Numbered from the stretch's first letter, positions 40,457 to 51,727 are shown. The stretch is DNA of 64,000 nt from Candidatus Latescibacterota bacterium (GCA_965237525.1 CBDEFO010000008.1:1088001-1152000), one strand, 5' to 3'. A program made the numbers and translations. The notes: generated by a model not told the origin, from the sequence alone.

Positions 40457-41747
40457 GCTATATTGTGCGTCCTGTTAGCCCTCCTTGTGCCGAGTACTGA
40501 CTCGGCCTCGTCTATGAATATGAAAGGGAGATAGCCTTCTTTGTGCTTTTCTCTGGCTATTGAGAATATCTCTCTTACCATTCTCTCGGATTCACCGAGC
40601 CACATGTTCAGGATCTCAGGTCCCTTGACGTGCATGAAATATTCTTCCACCCCATCGCCGCCACCCTCTTTGAACTGACGCACGAGGTTATAGGCGGTAG
40701 CCTTTCCTATCAGGGTCTTGCCGCAACCTGGGGGGCCGTGCAAAAGGAAGCCTTTGGGGGGGGCGTACTGGAACTTTTGGAAAAGTTCAGGATAGAGCAG
40801 TGGCATCTCTAAAGCATCTTTTATCGCTCCTATCGCTTCGTCCTGACCCCCGACCTTGCTCCATGGAAGTTCAGGGACTTGCTCCAGGTAGTATTCCTTA
40901 GATTGAGAGGTGGCAATATGCTCTAAGGCGACTCTGAAGCTGGGATCTACTCTTACCTGGTCACCCTCCTTTATATTAATATTGAGCAAATCTGAGGATC
41001 TATATAATATCGTACTTTGAAGTCCGTGTTCCTGTCCTACCTGGAGACGGTCATCAGAGATAACGTCCACAACCTTGACTATAGGGCCATACGGGCTATA
41101 TCCGAGGTCCCCTACGACTGCATACGCCTCGTTGACAAGGACTCTTGTGCCTACTTTCAACTCCGAAATATCGAGTCTGGTGTCGACATTGGCGTAGTAG
41201 TCGGCGCCTCCCACCACGATGCAGGCTATGCCCTCCTTTGGAGACCCCAGGTATGTCCCCACTCTGTTGGAGGGGGATGTCACCTTCTCCAGGGCTCCCT
41301 CAAGCTCGACGATTGTCTGCCGCGCTTCCTGGAACGTCATCTCATCCTCAATTATCTGCCTTCTCAATTGATAGAGTAGATGCCTCCTGCTATCCTTCTC
41401 ATCCAGTGATAGCAGCATTCTATCGACTAGCGCCAAAGCCCGAGCATCGGCGGTGGTTTCGTCGTAATCCTCGTGATAACCGGCGAAAAAGTCCTCGGAT
41501 TCTTCTCCGGGGTCTCTATCAATACGACTCCTTGAGGGCTTTTGGCCCTTGTCTCTATCTTGGTGTCTTGGATCTTTGGGATTGTTCATTACGAAAGAGT
41601 CCTTGGCAAAATCTTAGGTATTGCCTTTGAAGACAGCGACGATGCAAAATAGAAAGAGAAAAGTCACTAAGCTTATAGACTTACTAAACGAAGGTATAGT
41701 TTAGCAAATTTCTTGCCCAAAGTCTAATGAAAAGAGGAAAAGCTCTG

Positions 41748-41959
41748 TGATTCGGAAAGGCAGCACTTTTCAAGAATTTGTCGTGGGTCGCACATCTTCA
41801 GGTCCAGACCCGTGTGTCTGCCCTCAAAATACCCTGGGACTTCGTGGTCTGTTGCTTCTCTCTCCTGGGCAGCTCCCACGGTGCCTGGCCCCCACCAATA
41901 CATAAGCTGGGGCGAACTGTTATCTCTTAGCAAAGCTTAAACTTCCCCTTTCCGAATCA
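41748..41959. repeat. 212-bp segment bounded by 13-bp inverted repeats (possible MITE)
   Basis: TGATTCGGAAAGG at 41748-41760 and CCTTTCCGAATCA at 41947-41959; single copy in window. Confidence 0.45.
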
Positions 41960-42114
41960 GGGGGAAAAGGTTAAGCTTGCCATCTTATGGTCTGGCGGGT
42001 TCTCGACCGACAGGAAAAGAAGACTTTCTTACCAAATCCAGTCATGAGCAATATTTGGTCAACTAGAACCCAATCACCAATCAGATAAGTTTCCAGGCAA
42101 GACCTGTTGTGTAT

Positions 42115-43566
42115 CTAAACAGGCACCGAAGGCAGGTTGGAATGCCCCATCAGATACTTGTCTATACCGTAAGCCACCTGTCGACCCTCCGCGATGGCCC
42201 AAACCACCAATGAAGCACCTCTGGTTGAGTCTCCGGCAGCAAATATCCCGGGCATGCTGGTAGCTCTTTCAGGGTTAGTCACTATATGCCCTCGACTATC
42301 CAACTCAACCCCCAAATCAGTAACGAGCCCTTGGTGCTCTGGATGTACAAACCCCATGGCCAGCAGGACTAAATCTACACCAATGGAAAATTCACTCCCT
42401 GGAACTTCGTGCATCACAGGCCTACCAGATTCGTCTGGTTGTTCCCATTCTACACGTACTGCATTGAGCTCCTCGACCCTACCATTCTTGCCAGAGAAAT
42501 TCTTCGTAAGGACATTGTAATCCCGCACCCCGCCTTCCTCGTGAGCTGGAGATGTACGTAAAATCTGTGGCCATTGAGGCCATGGATTCTCAGGACTCCT
42601 ATCCCCGGGCGGTTGAGGCAATAATTCCATCTGAAATATAACCTCTGCTCCCTGACGATGTGCCGTCCCTAAGCAGTCAGCTCCTGTATCACCACCTCCC
42701 AGTATAATAACCCGCTTACCCTCCGCAGTAATAGTTTCCGATGAATTGACAGAATGGCTAGCAATACGGCGATTCTGTTGAGTCAGGTACTCCATTGCCA
42801 GGTGTATACCTTCAAGTTCACGGCCAGGCACAGGAAGTTCTCGAGCCTCACATGAACCTATAGCCAGACAGACGGCGTCAAACTCTTTTCTTAATTCCCC
42901 AATAGACATTCCAACACCCACCTCCACACCTGTCTTGAATACTACCCCTTCTTCCGCCATGAGATCCACCCTGCGTTGTACGAGTTGTTTCTCCAGTTTG
43001 AAGTCTGGTATGCCCAAGCGAAGCAATCCTCCAATAGACTCGCTCCGCTCAAAAAGGGTTACTAGATGACCCGCTCTATTTAACTGCTGGGACGCAGCCA
43101 AACCCGCAGGGCCAGAACCAATCACCGCAACCCGTTTACCAGTACGATACGCAGGGAGTTCTGGTTTTATCCACCCTTCCTTGAAACCCTTGTCCACTAT
43201 GGCCTTCTCTATGTATTCAATAGTGACAGGGTCTTGGTTTATGGATAGCACACACGACGGCTCACAAGGGGCCGGACAGATACGCCCGGTAAACTCAGGG
43301 AAGTTGTTCGTTGCATGCAATCTTTCTAGAGCCATCCTCCATTGCTCGGTGTACACCAGGTGATTCCATTCCGGGATCAAATTTCCTAACGGGCATCCCA
43401 TGTGACAAAACGGCACCGCACAGTCCATACAGCGAGCGCCCTGTCTCTGAGCATCTTGGTCCGACCACTCTATATAGATCTCCCTTGAGTCCTTAACACG
43501 ATCCTGGACTGAGAGTCTGTCAGGTGGCTTCCTTTGAAATTCTATAAATCCTGTAGGTTTACCCAA
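42115..43566 (-). CDS. gltD: Glutamate synthase small subunit
   Basis: MGKPTGF, RCMDCAVPFC, NNFPEFTGRICPAPCE, GSGPAG, GGGDTG. Confidence 0.96.
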   Translation of the reverse strand: MGKPTGFIEFQRKPPDRLSVQDRVKDSREIYIEWSDQDAQRQGARCMDCAVPFCHMGCPLGNLIPEWNHLVYTEQWRMALERLHATNNFPEFTGRICPAPCEPSCVLSINQDPVTIEYIEKAIVDKGFKEGWIKPELPAYRTGKRVAVIGSGPAGLAASQQLNRAGHLVTLFERSESIGGLLRLGIPDFKLEKQLVQRRVDLMAEEGVVFKTGVEVGVGMSIGELRKEFDAVCLAIGSCEARELPVPGRELEGIHLAMEYLTQQNRRIASHSVNSSETITAEGKRVIILGGGDTGADCLGTAHRQGAEVIFQMELLPQPPGDRSPENPWPQWPQILRTSPAHEEGGVRDYNVLTKNFSGKNGRVEELNAVRVEWEQPDESGRPVMHEVPGSEFSIGVDLVLLAMGFVHPEHQGLVTDLGVELDSRGHIVTNPERATSMPGIFAAGDSTRGASLVVWAIAEGRQVAYGIDKYLMGHSNLPSVPV

Positions 43567-46500
43567 TATTCACCGATTCCTTAGCCAGACCCTTTTGCGC
43601 ACGCTCATCTAGTATCCGCTTATAGTCATGCGGCATCACTTTCACAAACGTTGGTAGTATTTCATCCCAAGAATCAAGTACTCTTTTGGCACTGATACTC
43701 TCAGAATAATACGAATGCTCCTCTATCAACTTCCGTAAAAGGATTTTGTCTTCCTCTTCAGAAACTGAATCCAACCCAACCATATCCAGATTGCAACGGC
43801 TACCAAAGTTGCCACCTTCATCAAGAACGTAAGATATCCCACCACTCATCCCGGCAGCAAAATTGCGCCCTGTGTCACCAAGAACTACCACTATACCACC
43901 CGTCATGTACTCACAACCATGGTCTCCCACTCCCTCGACTACTACAATAGCTCCACTATTACGGACGGCGAATCTTTCTCCTGCAAGACCCCTAATAAAT
44001 ACCTTCCCACCGGTGGCACCATACAAAACTACATTACCTACTATGGTGGTGTCCTCAGGAACAAACGTTGCTTCACTAGGTGGGTAGATTACAATTCGTC
44101 CACCGGACATCCCTTTAGCAAAATAATCGTTAGCATCTCCTTCTACAGTCATGGAAACACCATTGGCGAGAAATGCCCCAAAGCTTTGCCCAGCAGATCC
44201 CTTGAAGGAGCAGTTTATAGTGTCATCCGGCAATCCTTCCTCTCCATAACGCTCAGCTATCTTCCCGCTTAGCATAGTGCCAACAACCCTGTTAGAGTTG
44301 CGAATGGGTAATTGTATTTGAACCGGTTCTTTTTTATCCAAAGCCACACTGGCCTTCTCAATAATCTCGTGGTCCAAGGCATCTGTAAGTCCATGATCCT
44401 GTTCCGTTTGGCAGTACATGGCTGTGCCGTTAGGAACATCTGGGAGCTGTAACATTGGCGAAAGATCTAATCCTCTACCTTTCCAGTGCTCAATGGCCTT
44501 GTAGGGCTCAAGCATGTCCATTCGCCCCACCATTTCGTTAACACTGCGAAATCCCAGCCGGGACATTATTTCTCTCAAATGCTCTGCAACGAAGAAAAAG
44601 TAATTAATAACGTATTCCGGCTTCCCTGCAAATTTCTTTCTCAATTCCGGGTCTTGAGTAGCAATGCCGACCGAACAAGTATTGAGATGACACTTCCTCA
44701 GCATAATGCACCCTAGTGTAACCAAAGGGGCAGTTGCAAAGCCAAACTCTTCTGCTCCCAGCAAACATGCGACAGCCACGTCACGCCCAGTTTTCAGCTG
44801 GCCGTCAGTCTGGACGACGATACGCCCACGTAAATCATTCATTAACAATACCTGCTGGGTTTCGGCAAGTCCCAGTTCCCAAGGAAGGCCTGCATGCTTT
44901 ACAGATGATTCAGGGGAAGCACCTGTTCCACCACTGTCTCCACTTATTAGCACCACATCACCATGGCCTTTTGAAACACCAGCAGCAATTATTCCAACTC
45001 CGACTTCTGCAACCAACTTGACATGTATTCTAGCCTTTGGATTGACATTTTTCAGGTCATGAATCAACTGAGCTAAATCCTCGATAGAGTATATATCATG
45101 GTGAGGGGGAGGTGATATTAATTCTACCCCTGGTGTAGTGTGACGAATCCACCCTATGTATTCGTCAACCTTATGACCTGGCAGCTGCCCACCCTCTCCT
45201 GGCTTAGAACCCTGTGCCATTTTTATCTGGAGATCTGTCGCGTTCACCAGATAGTTTGTCGTAACACCAAAACGTCCCGAGGCAACTTGCTTTATGAAAC
45301 TGTTGCGGCAGTCACCATTTTTGTCCTGAGCAAACCTACGATAGTCTTCACCACCCTCTCCAGTGTTGCTCTTGGCTCCAATACGGTTTGTTGCAATAGC
45401 CAAAGTTTCGTGGGCTTCACGGCTAATAGCCCCTAGAGAGATAGCGCCGGTAGCAAATCTCTTCACAATCTCAGATGCAGGCTCTACTTCTTCTAAAGGT
45501 ATAGGTTCGTCTAGTTGTTTAAAGTCCAAGAGCCCACGGAGCGTGGAAGATTCCCGATCCTGTTGATCTATCAACTCCGAGAATCTCTTATAGGTCTGAT
45601 AATTATTCGTCCGAGTTGACTGTTGTAACAGTGTGATGGTCTCAGGGTTATACATGTGGTACTCACCATCGCGGCGCCATTGATAAAGTCCTCCGTGGTC
45701 TAAATCCAAAGAACCTGAAACCAAACCGACACCGTATCCTGAGGAATGGCGCCTCCTTGATTCCTCTTCTATGGTTTCTATGCCTACTCCTTCAACACGT
45801 GAAGATGTCCAAGTGAAATAGCGGTCAATGAATTCTTGGCTGAGGCCTATAGCCTCAAATATTTGGGCGCCTCGGTAACTTTGGACCGTAGAAATGCCCA
45901 TCTTGGACATTACCTTTAAAACACCCTTCCCTATTGCTTTTGTAATATTCTTTTCGGCCACATAGGAATCGACACCATGTGAATTCATATCTTTTGGTAT
46001 CTGTTCCCTCAGAATCTCAAATGCTAGGTATGGATTGACTGCTCCGGCTCCATAACCAATCAGGAGTGCGAAGTGCATTACCTCACGCGGCTCACCTGAT
46101 TCCACCACGAGGCCAACCTTGGTCCGTTTGCCTTGGCGTATCAGGTGGTGGTGTACTGCTGAAGTGGCCAAAAGTATTGGAATCGGAGCGTAACGAGCAT
46201 CCACTCCCCTATCTGAGAGAACGATAATATTGCTCCCGGAATCAACTGCATCAGAAACCTGTTTGCATAATCCATCCAAGGCAATTTCCAAAGATCCATT
46301 CCCTACTTGGGTGTCAAATAACGTATGGCACGTGGTGGACTTAATGCCTTCTTGGGATATATTGCTTATTTTTTGGAGTTCTGTATCAGTGAGGATAGGC
46401 TGTTTGAGTTTCAGTTGACGACAGTGCTTGGGAGTTTCCTCAAACAAATTCTGTTCGGACCCAACAAAGGCTTCAAGCGAAGTGACCAATTCCTCCCTGA

Positions 46501-48094
46501 TGGCATCCAAAGGTGGATTAGAAACCTGTGCGAAAAGCTGCTTGAAATAGCCATAAAGCAACTGGGGTCTTACGGAGAGCACAGCCAACGGCGTGTCATT
46601 CCCCATAGATCCAATTGGCTCGGATCCAGTTAAGGCCATGGGCTCCATAATAATCTGTAGATCCTCTAAAGTGTAACCAAAGGCCCTTTTTAGACTTTGC
46701 AGTTCTGTTGGATCTATTTTCTCAAGGCTGGCGGGTTCTGGAAGTTGATCCAGAGTCAGCTTGTTATTTTCCAACCATAGACCATAAGGCTGTCTCTTGG
46801 CTAAATCAGATTTCAGTTCCTCGTCCCCGATAATCCTCGCTTCGTTAGTATCTAAAAGGAACATTCTCCCGGGATGAATTCTGTCTTTGAACTTGATGTT
46901 GTCAGGATCGATTTCTAACACACCGACTTCGGATGCCATAACTAACAAATCATCCTTGGTCACCAGATACCGAAATGGTCTAAGGCCATTCCGGTCAAGC
47001 ACCACACCTATACTGGTACCATCAGTGGCAGCGATAAGAGCCGGGCCATCCCAGGGTTCCATCAAGCACGAGTGGTATTCATAAAAATCGCGCTTCTCTT
47101 GTGATATTTCCACATGCTCCCCAGTAGCCTCTGGAATCATCATCATCAGAGCATGCGGGAGAGAACGGCCTGTAGCCAACAACAACTCCAAGGCATTGTC
47201 AAAAGATGCGGTATCGCTAGCACCTGGCGTAATGATTGGAGACAATTTACCCATATCTTCTCCAAAGAGACTCGAGGACAACATATGCTCGCGTGCAGTC
47301 ATCCAGTTGACATTACCTCTGAGAGTATTAATCTCACCGTTATGGCAAATGAGCCTGTATGGATGTGCCAGTCTCCAGGAACCCAAAGTGTTAGTACTGA
47401 ATCGAGCATGAACCATTGCGAAGGCACTGGACATATCTGGGTCTGATAGGTCCGGGTAAAACCCTCTTAGCTGTGTGCCAATAAGCAGCCCTTTATAAAC
47501 CAAACGGTTTGAAGAGAGACTCGGGATGTAAAAATGATTCTGAACATCATCACCCATTTGGCTGACTGCACGTTCAATCATCTTCCTGACAACATACAGT
47601 TTGCGCTCAAAGTGAGCTTCGCTTTCTATTCCGGGACCACGACCGATGAATACCTGACGGATAAAGGGCTGTGATTCCTTAGCCACATAGCCAATCTCAG
47701 AATCATTCACAGGGACATCACGCCAACCCAGGAAACGTTGTCCTTCATCCTCTATGACTCCCTCGACCACATCCTCACAGATCTTTCTCTGTGACGTGTC
47801 TGGTGGTAAGAAAACCATGCCGACCCCATAATCACCTAACCCTGGTAGATTAATGCCCAAGCAGGGGCATTCTTTCTTTAAAAACTCATGTGGTACCTGT
47901 ATCAGTATCCCAGAACCATCCCCAGTCAACGGATCACAACCACACGCACCCCTGTGAGCTAGGTTAACGAGTACTTCGATGCCCTTTTCAAGAATAGCGT
48001 GTGTCTTCTTACCTGTTATGTTGGCAACTAATCCAACACCACATGCATCATGTTCAAACCTAGAATCGTAAAGTCCGGTAGTAAAAGTTGGCAA
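43559..48094 (-). CDS. gltB: Glutamate synthase large subunit
   Basis: EHDA|CGVG Ntn Cys, HNGEINT, QIKMAQGSKPGEGGQLPG, GCIMLRKCHLNTC, GXGXG domain. Confidence 0.97.
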   Translation of the reverse strand: MPTFTTGLYDSRFEHDACGVGLVANITGKKTHAILEKGIEVLVNLAHRGACGCDPLTGDGSGILIQVPHEFLKKECPCLGINLPGLGDYGVGMVFLPPDTSQRKICEDVVEGVIEDEGQRFLGWRDVPVNDSEIGYVAKESQPFIRQVFIGRGPGIESEAHFERKLYVVRKMIERAVSQMGDDVQNHFYIPSLSSNRLVYKGLLIGTQLRGFYPDLSDPDMSSAFAMVHARFSTNTLGSWRLAHPYRLICHNGEINTLRGNVNWMTAREHMLSSSLFGEDMGKLSPIITPGASDTASFDNALELLLATGRSLPHALMMMIPEATGEHVEISQEKRDFYEYHSCLMEPWDGPALIAATDGTSIGVVLDRNGLRPFRYLVTKDDLLVMASEVGVLEIDPDNIKFKDRIHPGRMFLLDTNEARIIGDEELKSDLAKRQPYGLWLENNKLTLDQLPEPASLEKIDPTELQSLKRAFGYTLEDLQIIMEPMALTGSEPIGSMGNDTPLAVLSVRPQLLYGYFKQLFAQVSNPPLDAIREELVTSLEAFVGSEQNLFEETPKHCRQLKLKQPILTDTELQKISNISQEGIKSTTCHTLFDTQVGNGSLEIALDGLCKQVSDAVDSGSNIIVLSDRGVDARYAPIPILLATSAVHHHLIRQGKRTKVGLVVESGEPREVMHFALLIGYGAGAVNPYLAFEILREQIPKDMNSHGVDSYVAEKNITKAIGKGVLKVMSKMGISTVQSYRGAQIFEAIGLSQEFIDRYFTWTSSRVEGVGIETIEEESRRRHSSGYGVGLVSGSLDLDHGGLYQWRRDGEYHMYNPETITLLQQSTRTNNYQTYKRFSELIDQQDRESSTLRGLLDFKQLDEPIPLEEVEPASEIVKRFATGAISLGAISREAHETLAIATNRIGAKSNTGEGGEDYRRFAQDKNGDCRNSFIKQVASGRFGVTTNYLVNATDLQIKMAQGSKPGEGGQLPGHKVDEYIGWIRHTTPGVELISPPPHHDIYSIEDLAQLIHDLKNVNPKARIHVKLVAEVGVGIIAAGVSKGHGDVVLISGDSGGTGASPESSVKHAGLPWELGLAETQQVLLMNDLRGRIVVQTDGQLKTGRDVAVACLLGAEEFGFATAPLVTLGCIMLRKCHLNTCSVGIATQDPELRKKFAGKPEYVINYFFFVAEHLREIMSRLGFRSVNEMVGRMDMLEPYKAIEHWKGRGLDLSPMLQLPDVPNGTAMYCQTEQDHGLTDALDHEIIEKASVALDKKEPVQIQLPIRNSNRVVGTMLSGKIAERYGEEGLPDDTINCSFKGSAGQSFGAFLANGVSMTVEGDANDYFAKGMSGGRIVIYPPSEATFVPEDTTIVGNVVLYGATGGKVFIRGLAGERFAVRNSGAIVVVEGVGDHGCEYMTGGIVVVLGDTGRNFAAGMSGGISYVLDEGGNFGSRCNLDMVGLDSVSEEEDKILLRKLIEEHSYYSESISAKRVLDSWDEILPTFVKVMPHDYKRILDERAQKGLAKESVNIG

Positions 48095-48516
48095 CGGTAG
48101 CTTCTCCTACGAGTAAACTCCTGTACCTAAAGAATAGGTAAGCATCTCTTTAATTCATAGTTATTGAGTTGCGCTTTATACTGGTTTCATTCGATCTTCT
48201 TGTTTCGTATATAGCTTTCGAAATTGTGTTAGTTATCATTTTTCCTTAAACTCCGTCTTATTCGGTTGACAGCCTCCATCATAACATTCATTTTTGAATA
48301 TGCAATGTCAATATCCTTAGTTGTCCTAAATCCACAGTCAGGGTCTATCCAAATTCGCTTTAAGGTTTCTGCTGTAGGGGCAAGAACATCTAATGCTGTG
48401 TTAATTCTTCTAACGACAGTGTCAACATCCTCCACGGCAATACCAGGCCTAACATCAATTACACCAACAGCAACATCCTTGTAATTCGTTAAAGGGTCTT
48501 TTTTCATCATTCTTAG

Positions 48517-50035
48517 AAGCCTTGTGAAAAACCCTTAGATTCAGAAAGTAGTATAGAACAAGCATTGATAAAGCAGCTCCGATGTATTATATTATGTTAT
48601 TGATAATATTATACATGGAGGAAACAATGACCCCACAAAAGCAGGAACAGACAAATCCGATGTTTCACTATTTTCAGATGGAGGATTTAGTTCCCGAGGA
48701 TCATATCCTTCGTCAGATTGATGAGGCAGTTGATTTTTCATTTGTACGAGACGTTGTATCAGATTGTTATTGCCCTGACAATGGCAGACCCGGTATTGAT
48801 CCTGAATTAGTTGTTCGAATGATCCTTATTGGCTATCTGTATAATTTGAGTGAGAATCGGCTCTGTCAGGAAGTGGGGATGCATGCGGCATATCGGTTGT
48901 TTTGTCATCAGACATTTGATGATGCGGTTCCGGATAGGAGCACGATCAACAAGCTTCGCAATCACAAGTGGGCATCCAGTGGGTTGTTTGAACGGATAAT
49001 GCGTCAGGTAGTCCAGTGTTGCATAGATGTCGGTCTTGTGAGCGGTAAACACCTTAGTGTCGACGGCACTCAGATACAAGCTGATGCTTCAGTGAAAAGT
49101 ATTGAGCCGATAGAACCCCCTTTTTCTCTTGATGATTATCTCAAGGGAATCGGTTTTGAAGGTGATAAGACAAAGGGTAGGTCCGGGCATCCTCAGGATA
49201 AAGACTTTCATGGTGAAAAGTGGACGAACCAAACACACCGTTCGACTACAGACCCCGACGCGCGCTTATACAGCAAATCGAAGGGCAAAGGGGCTTTTCT
49301 CTCGTTTATGGGCCATGATCTGATCGACACAAAAAGCAGAGTAATCCTTGAGACTCAGGGCACGCAGGCGACAGGGACAGCAGAGCCCGAAAGTGCCCTT
49401 AAGATGGTAGATGACCTTGAAACATAGACCATGCCCAAAGACATTCAGACACTTAGTGCCGATACCGGTTACGGTTCTGGTAATTTTATCGCTGATGTAC
49501 TTGACCGGGGAATCATACCCCATATTCCTCTGCGAGCCGATGAGAAGATTGAACCGATTCCTACATGGAAAAACAAGACAAATTCAGCACATATTCAGGC
49601 CGAACGGGATAGAAAAGTGCGAGAGGCGAAAGCCAGAAATCATGCACGGTCTATCTCATTAACAGCTGACTACAAACTCTCCCGGAGACTCCGTAAACGC
49701 AGTGAACATATCTTTGCTGAAGCCAGGCAACAACACGGTATGGGACGAGCCCGTTACAGAGGACCAGCCTCACTGAATGAACAGTTGAATCTTGTTGCAA
49801 CAGTACAGAATCTCAAGAGGCTTGTATCTTTCATAAGAAGGGGGAAAGCGTCTATGTGTGCCCTGTCTGTCAAAGACAGTGCATCCTGTTCTTCAAACAG
49901 CTCCTGTTCCTTGCTGACCAGAACTCTGATAAGACTATTTTGCTTATTCCACAGCAAAACGATACGATATGCTACTCTTTGACCTATAATCGGCGCTTCA
50001 GACGCTGCCTGGGACATAACTATTTCACAAGGCTT
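48517..50035 (+). mobile_element. IS1182-family insertion sequence, copy B (1519 bp)
   Basis: Same ends as copy A; TTAG duplication at 48513-48516 and 50036-50039; near-identical to copy A. Confidence 0.92.
48627..49982 (+). pseudogene. IS1182 transposase with nonsense mutation
   Basis: TAC (Tyr) in copy A is TAG at 49425-49427; also one V-to-F change. Confidence 0.88.
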
Positions 50036-50746
50036 TTAGTAAATCAGATCTTTCTAACCCTAAATCGAGCTCACTCGATAATTCAATATCTATTTGATCG
50101 ACAGGTAGGTCACGCATGTATGGGTACACTTCAGGAAAATCGCTATAACAAATGTGGGTGATTGTGTATGCGTTCAGATCTTCCGTTACTGTTCTCAAGC
50201 CTTCTTTAAACAAGTCGATTTCCAAAAATCTTTCTGCAACAGCTGGCTCATCCACTTGAATGTATTCTGCGCCAGCCTTTTCAAGCACCAATGCTTCTTC
50301 CCTTATAACTTCTGCCCATGCCCGTACAAGCTTTTCCCTATCCTTATAGTGGTTATCAAAATTCCAATTGCTAAGTGTAGTAGGCCCAGTTAGCATACCT
50401 TTTACGGGCCTTCTTGCAAGACCCTGTGCATACTCAAACTGTTCTAACTGGATTGCCCCTGTTCTTTTTAACGGTCTATCTACTGTTCCTTTTTTCCAAA
50501 ATCTATTGCCATACGATCTTGTCCAATCTGCTATCGGGAGGCTTAATGCACGAGCATAATCAGTGGCCATATCTCCTCGATAAATTTCTCCGTCAACAAG
50601 GACATCAACACCCAGAGCCTCTTGACGTCTGATAAATTCTTCCGATGCTCTCTTACTGTTCTCATCCAGCTGGCCTCTGGCTCGAGTCACAAAGTCAGGT
50701 TTTGGAAAGGAGCCGACCCCAGTCGTGGGCAACAGTGGTAACCCCA

Positions 50747-51727
50747 TTAGTTCATCCTATTAGTTATGTCGGCAATCAGAGCTATTTTTTGTTTGGCGTT
50801 GTCCCTTGGGAGATGTTCCAAAGTAGCATTTGACGATAGAAGTGATCTCTGAAAATCCACACAACCTTCCAGACTCCGCAATCTACTCATAACGGAATCT
50901 TGTTCTTCCAAGCCAGTGTAGCCTCTGTCTCCAGAATCGATTAAACCGATCCCTATACCTTTGTCGGGACATTTCTTTTTAACCAGAGTCTCCACATCAG
51001 GATCCCACACAAAATCCAGACCTACAATATCCACAGGTAGAGATAATAACATATCTAAAACTTCTGGCGTGTATCTACCATAAAATGTCCAGACGGCTGT
51101 CTGAATATTCAGGCCACTTACCATCATCTCGTACAATTCTGGCACTATGGCTGTATCGTCGTGCAGCCTACCATATGCAATTATTGATGGTTCATTGAAT
51201 TGAACTAAAGGAACATCTTTTAATCCTGATAGTTCTTCTCTATATAATGTTGCATATTTGCGCGCCAGCTCTGCAAAAGTTTTGTACGGAGATTTCTTAC
51301 CGAAAACAGAATGTTTTGCCATCGTATACGGACCAGGGAGTTCTACTTTTACTTCTGGGTGGACTTCTAATGCGATTCTACATAAATCATTGACGATTGG
51401 CCTCCTCTTTACAATTTCTCCGTTTACTATAACCTCTCTATAGTGGGTGTTAGTATGAAATACTTTTTTCATTCCAACGAATTGGATGCCTTCAATAGAT
51501 TCTAAAGGCCACGTCAACTCATCATGCACATCTACTAATCCATAGTTTGGCAAGTCAATTCCAGCAGAAACCATTTCCTCAACTACTTCCCTTGTCAAAT
51601 TCTCCATAAGACGTTGCACTAATTGTACGCTCCCAGAGCCTCTGTAAATATTATTTAGCTCTCTTCTCAGTTCATTCCCGACCTCAGATCCGACTCTCGG
51701 GTAAGGTCCTACAACGGTTGATTGCAT
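50747..51727 (-). CDS. MetE N-terminal-like (non-catalytic) half of split methionine synthase
   Basis: TVVGPYPRVG, NTHYR, LPGPYT, QFNEP, TFYG, VGLDF, ATLEHLP; lacks Zn-binding Cys; coupled to the catalytic half. Confidence 0.8.
   Translation of the reverse strand: MQSTVVGPYPRVGSEVGNELRRELNNIYRGSGSVQLVQRLMENLTREVVEEMVSAGIDLPNYGLVDVHDELTWPLESIEGIQFVGMKKVFHTNTHYREVIVNGEIVKRRPIVNDLCRIALEVHPEVKVELPGPYTMAKHSVFGKKSPYKTFAELARKYATLYREELSGLKDVPLVQFNEPSIIAYGRLHDDTAIVPELYEMMVSGLNIQTAVWTFYGRYTPEVLDMLLSLPVDIVGLDFVWDPDVETLVKKKCPDKGIGIGLIDSGDRGYTGLEEQDSVMSRLRSLEGCVDFQRSLLSSNATLEHLPRDNAKQKIALIADITNRMN

Larger units (their letters stand above)
38503..41589 (-). pseudogene. arc: Proteasomal AAA ATPase ARC/Mpa split by an IS
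   Basis: Coiled coil and OB region, GPPGCGKT, FIDEAE in the 5' part; ATNRPDLIDPAILRPGRIDRK in the 3' part; excision restores ...THNIANTVVPMFCAEMDG in frame (~592 aa). Confidence 0.92.
48229..50747 (-). pseudogene. Catalytic half of a split cobalamin-independent methionine synthase, interrupted by IS1182 copy B
   Basis: TTGVGSFPKP, DGEIYRGDM, KGMLTGP, QVDEP, Zn ligands THICY and DPDCGF; excision gives ...SDLLRMMKKDPL in frame. Confidence 0.88.

Noticed and set aside
49425..49427. Recoded TAG (pyrrolysine or readthrough) in transposase copy B
   Set aside because: Copy A has TAC here; a simple nonsense mutation or base-call error suffices.
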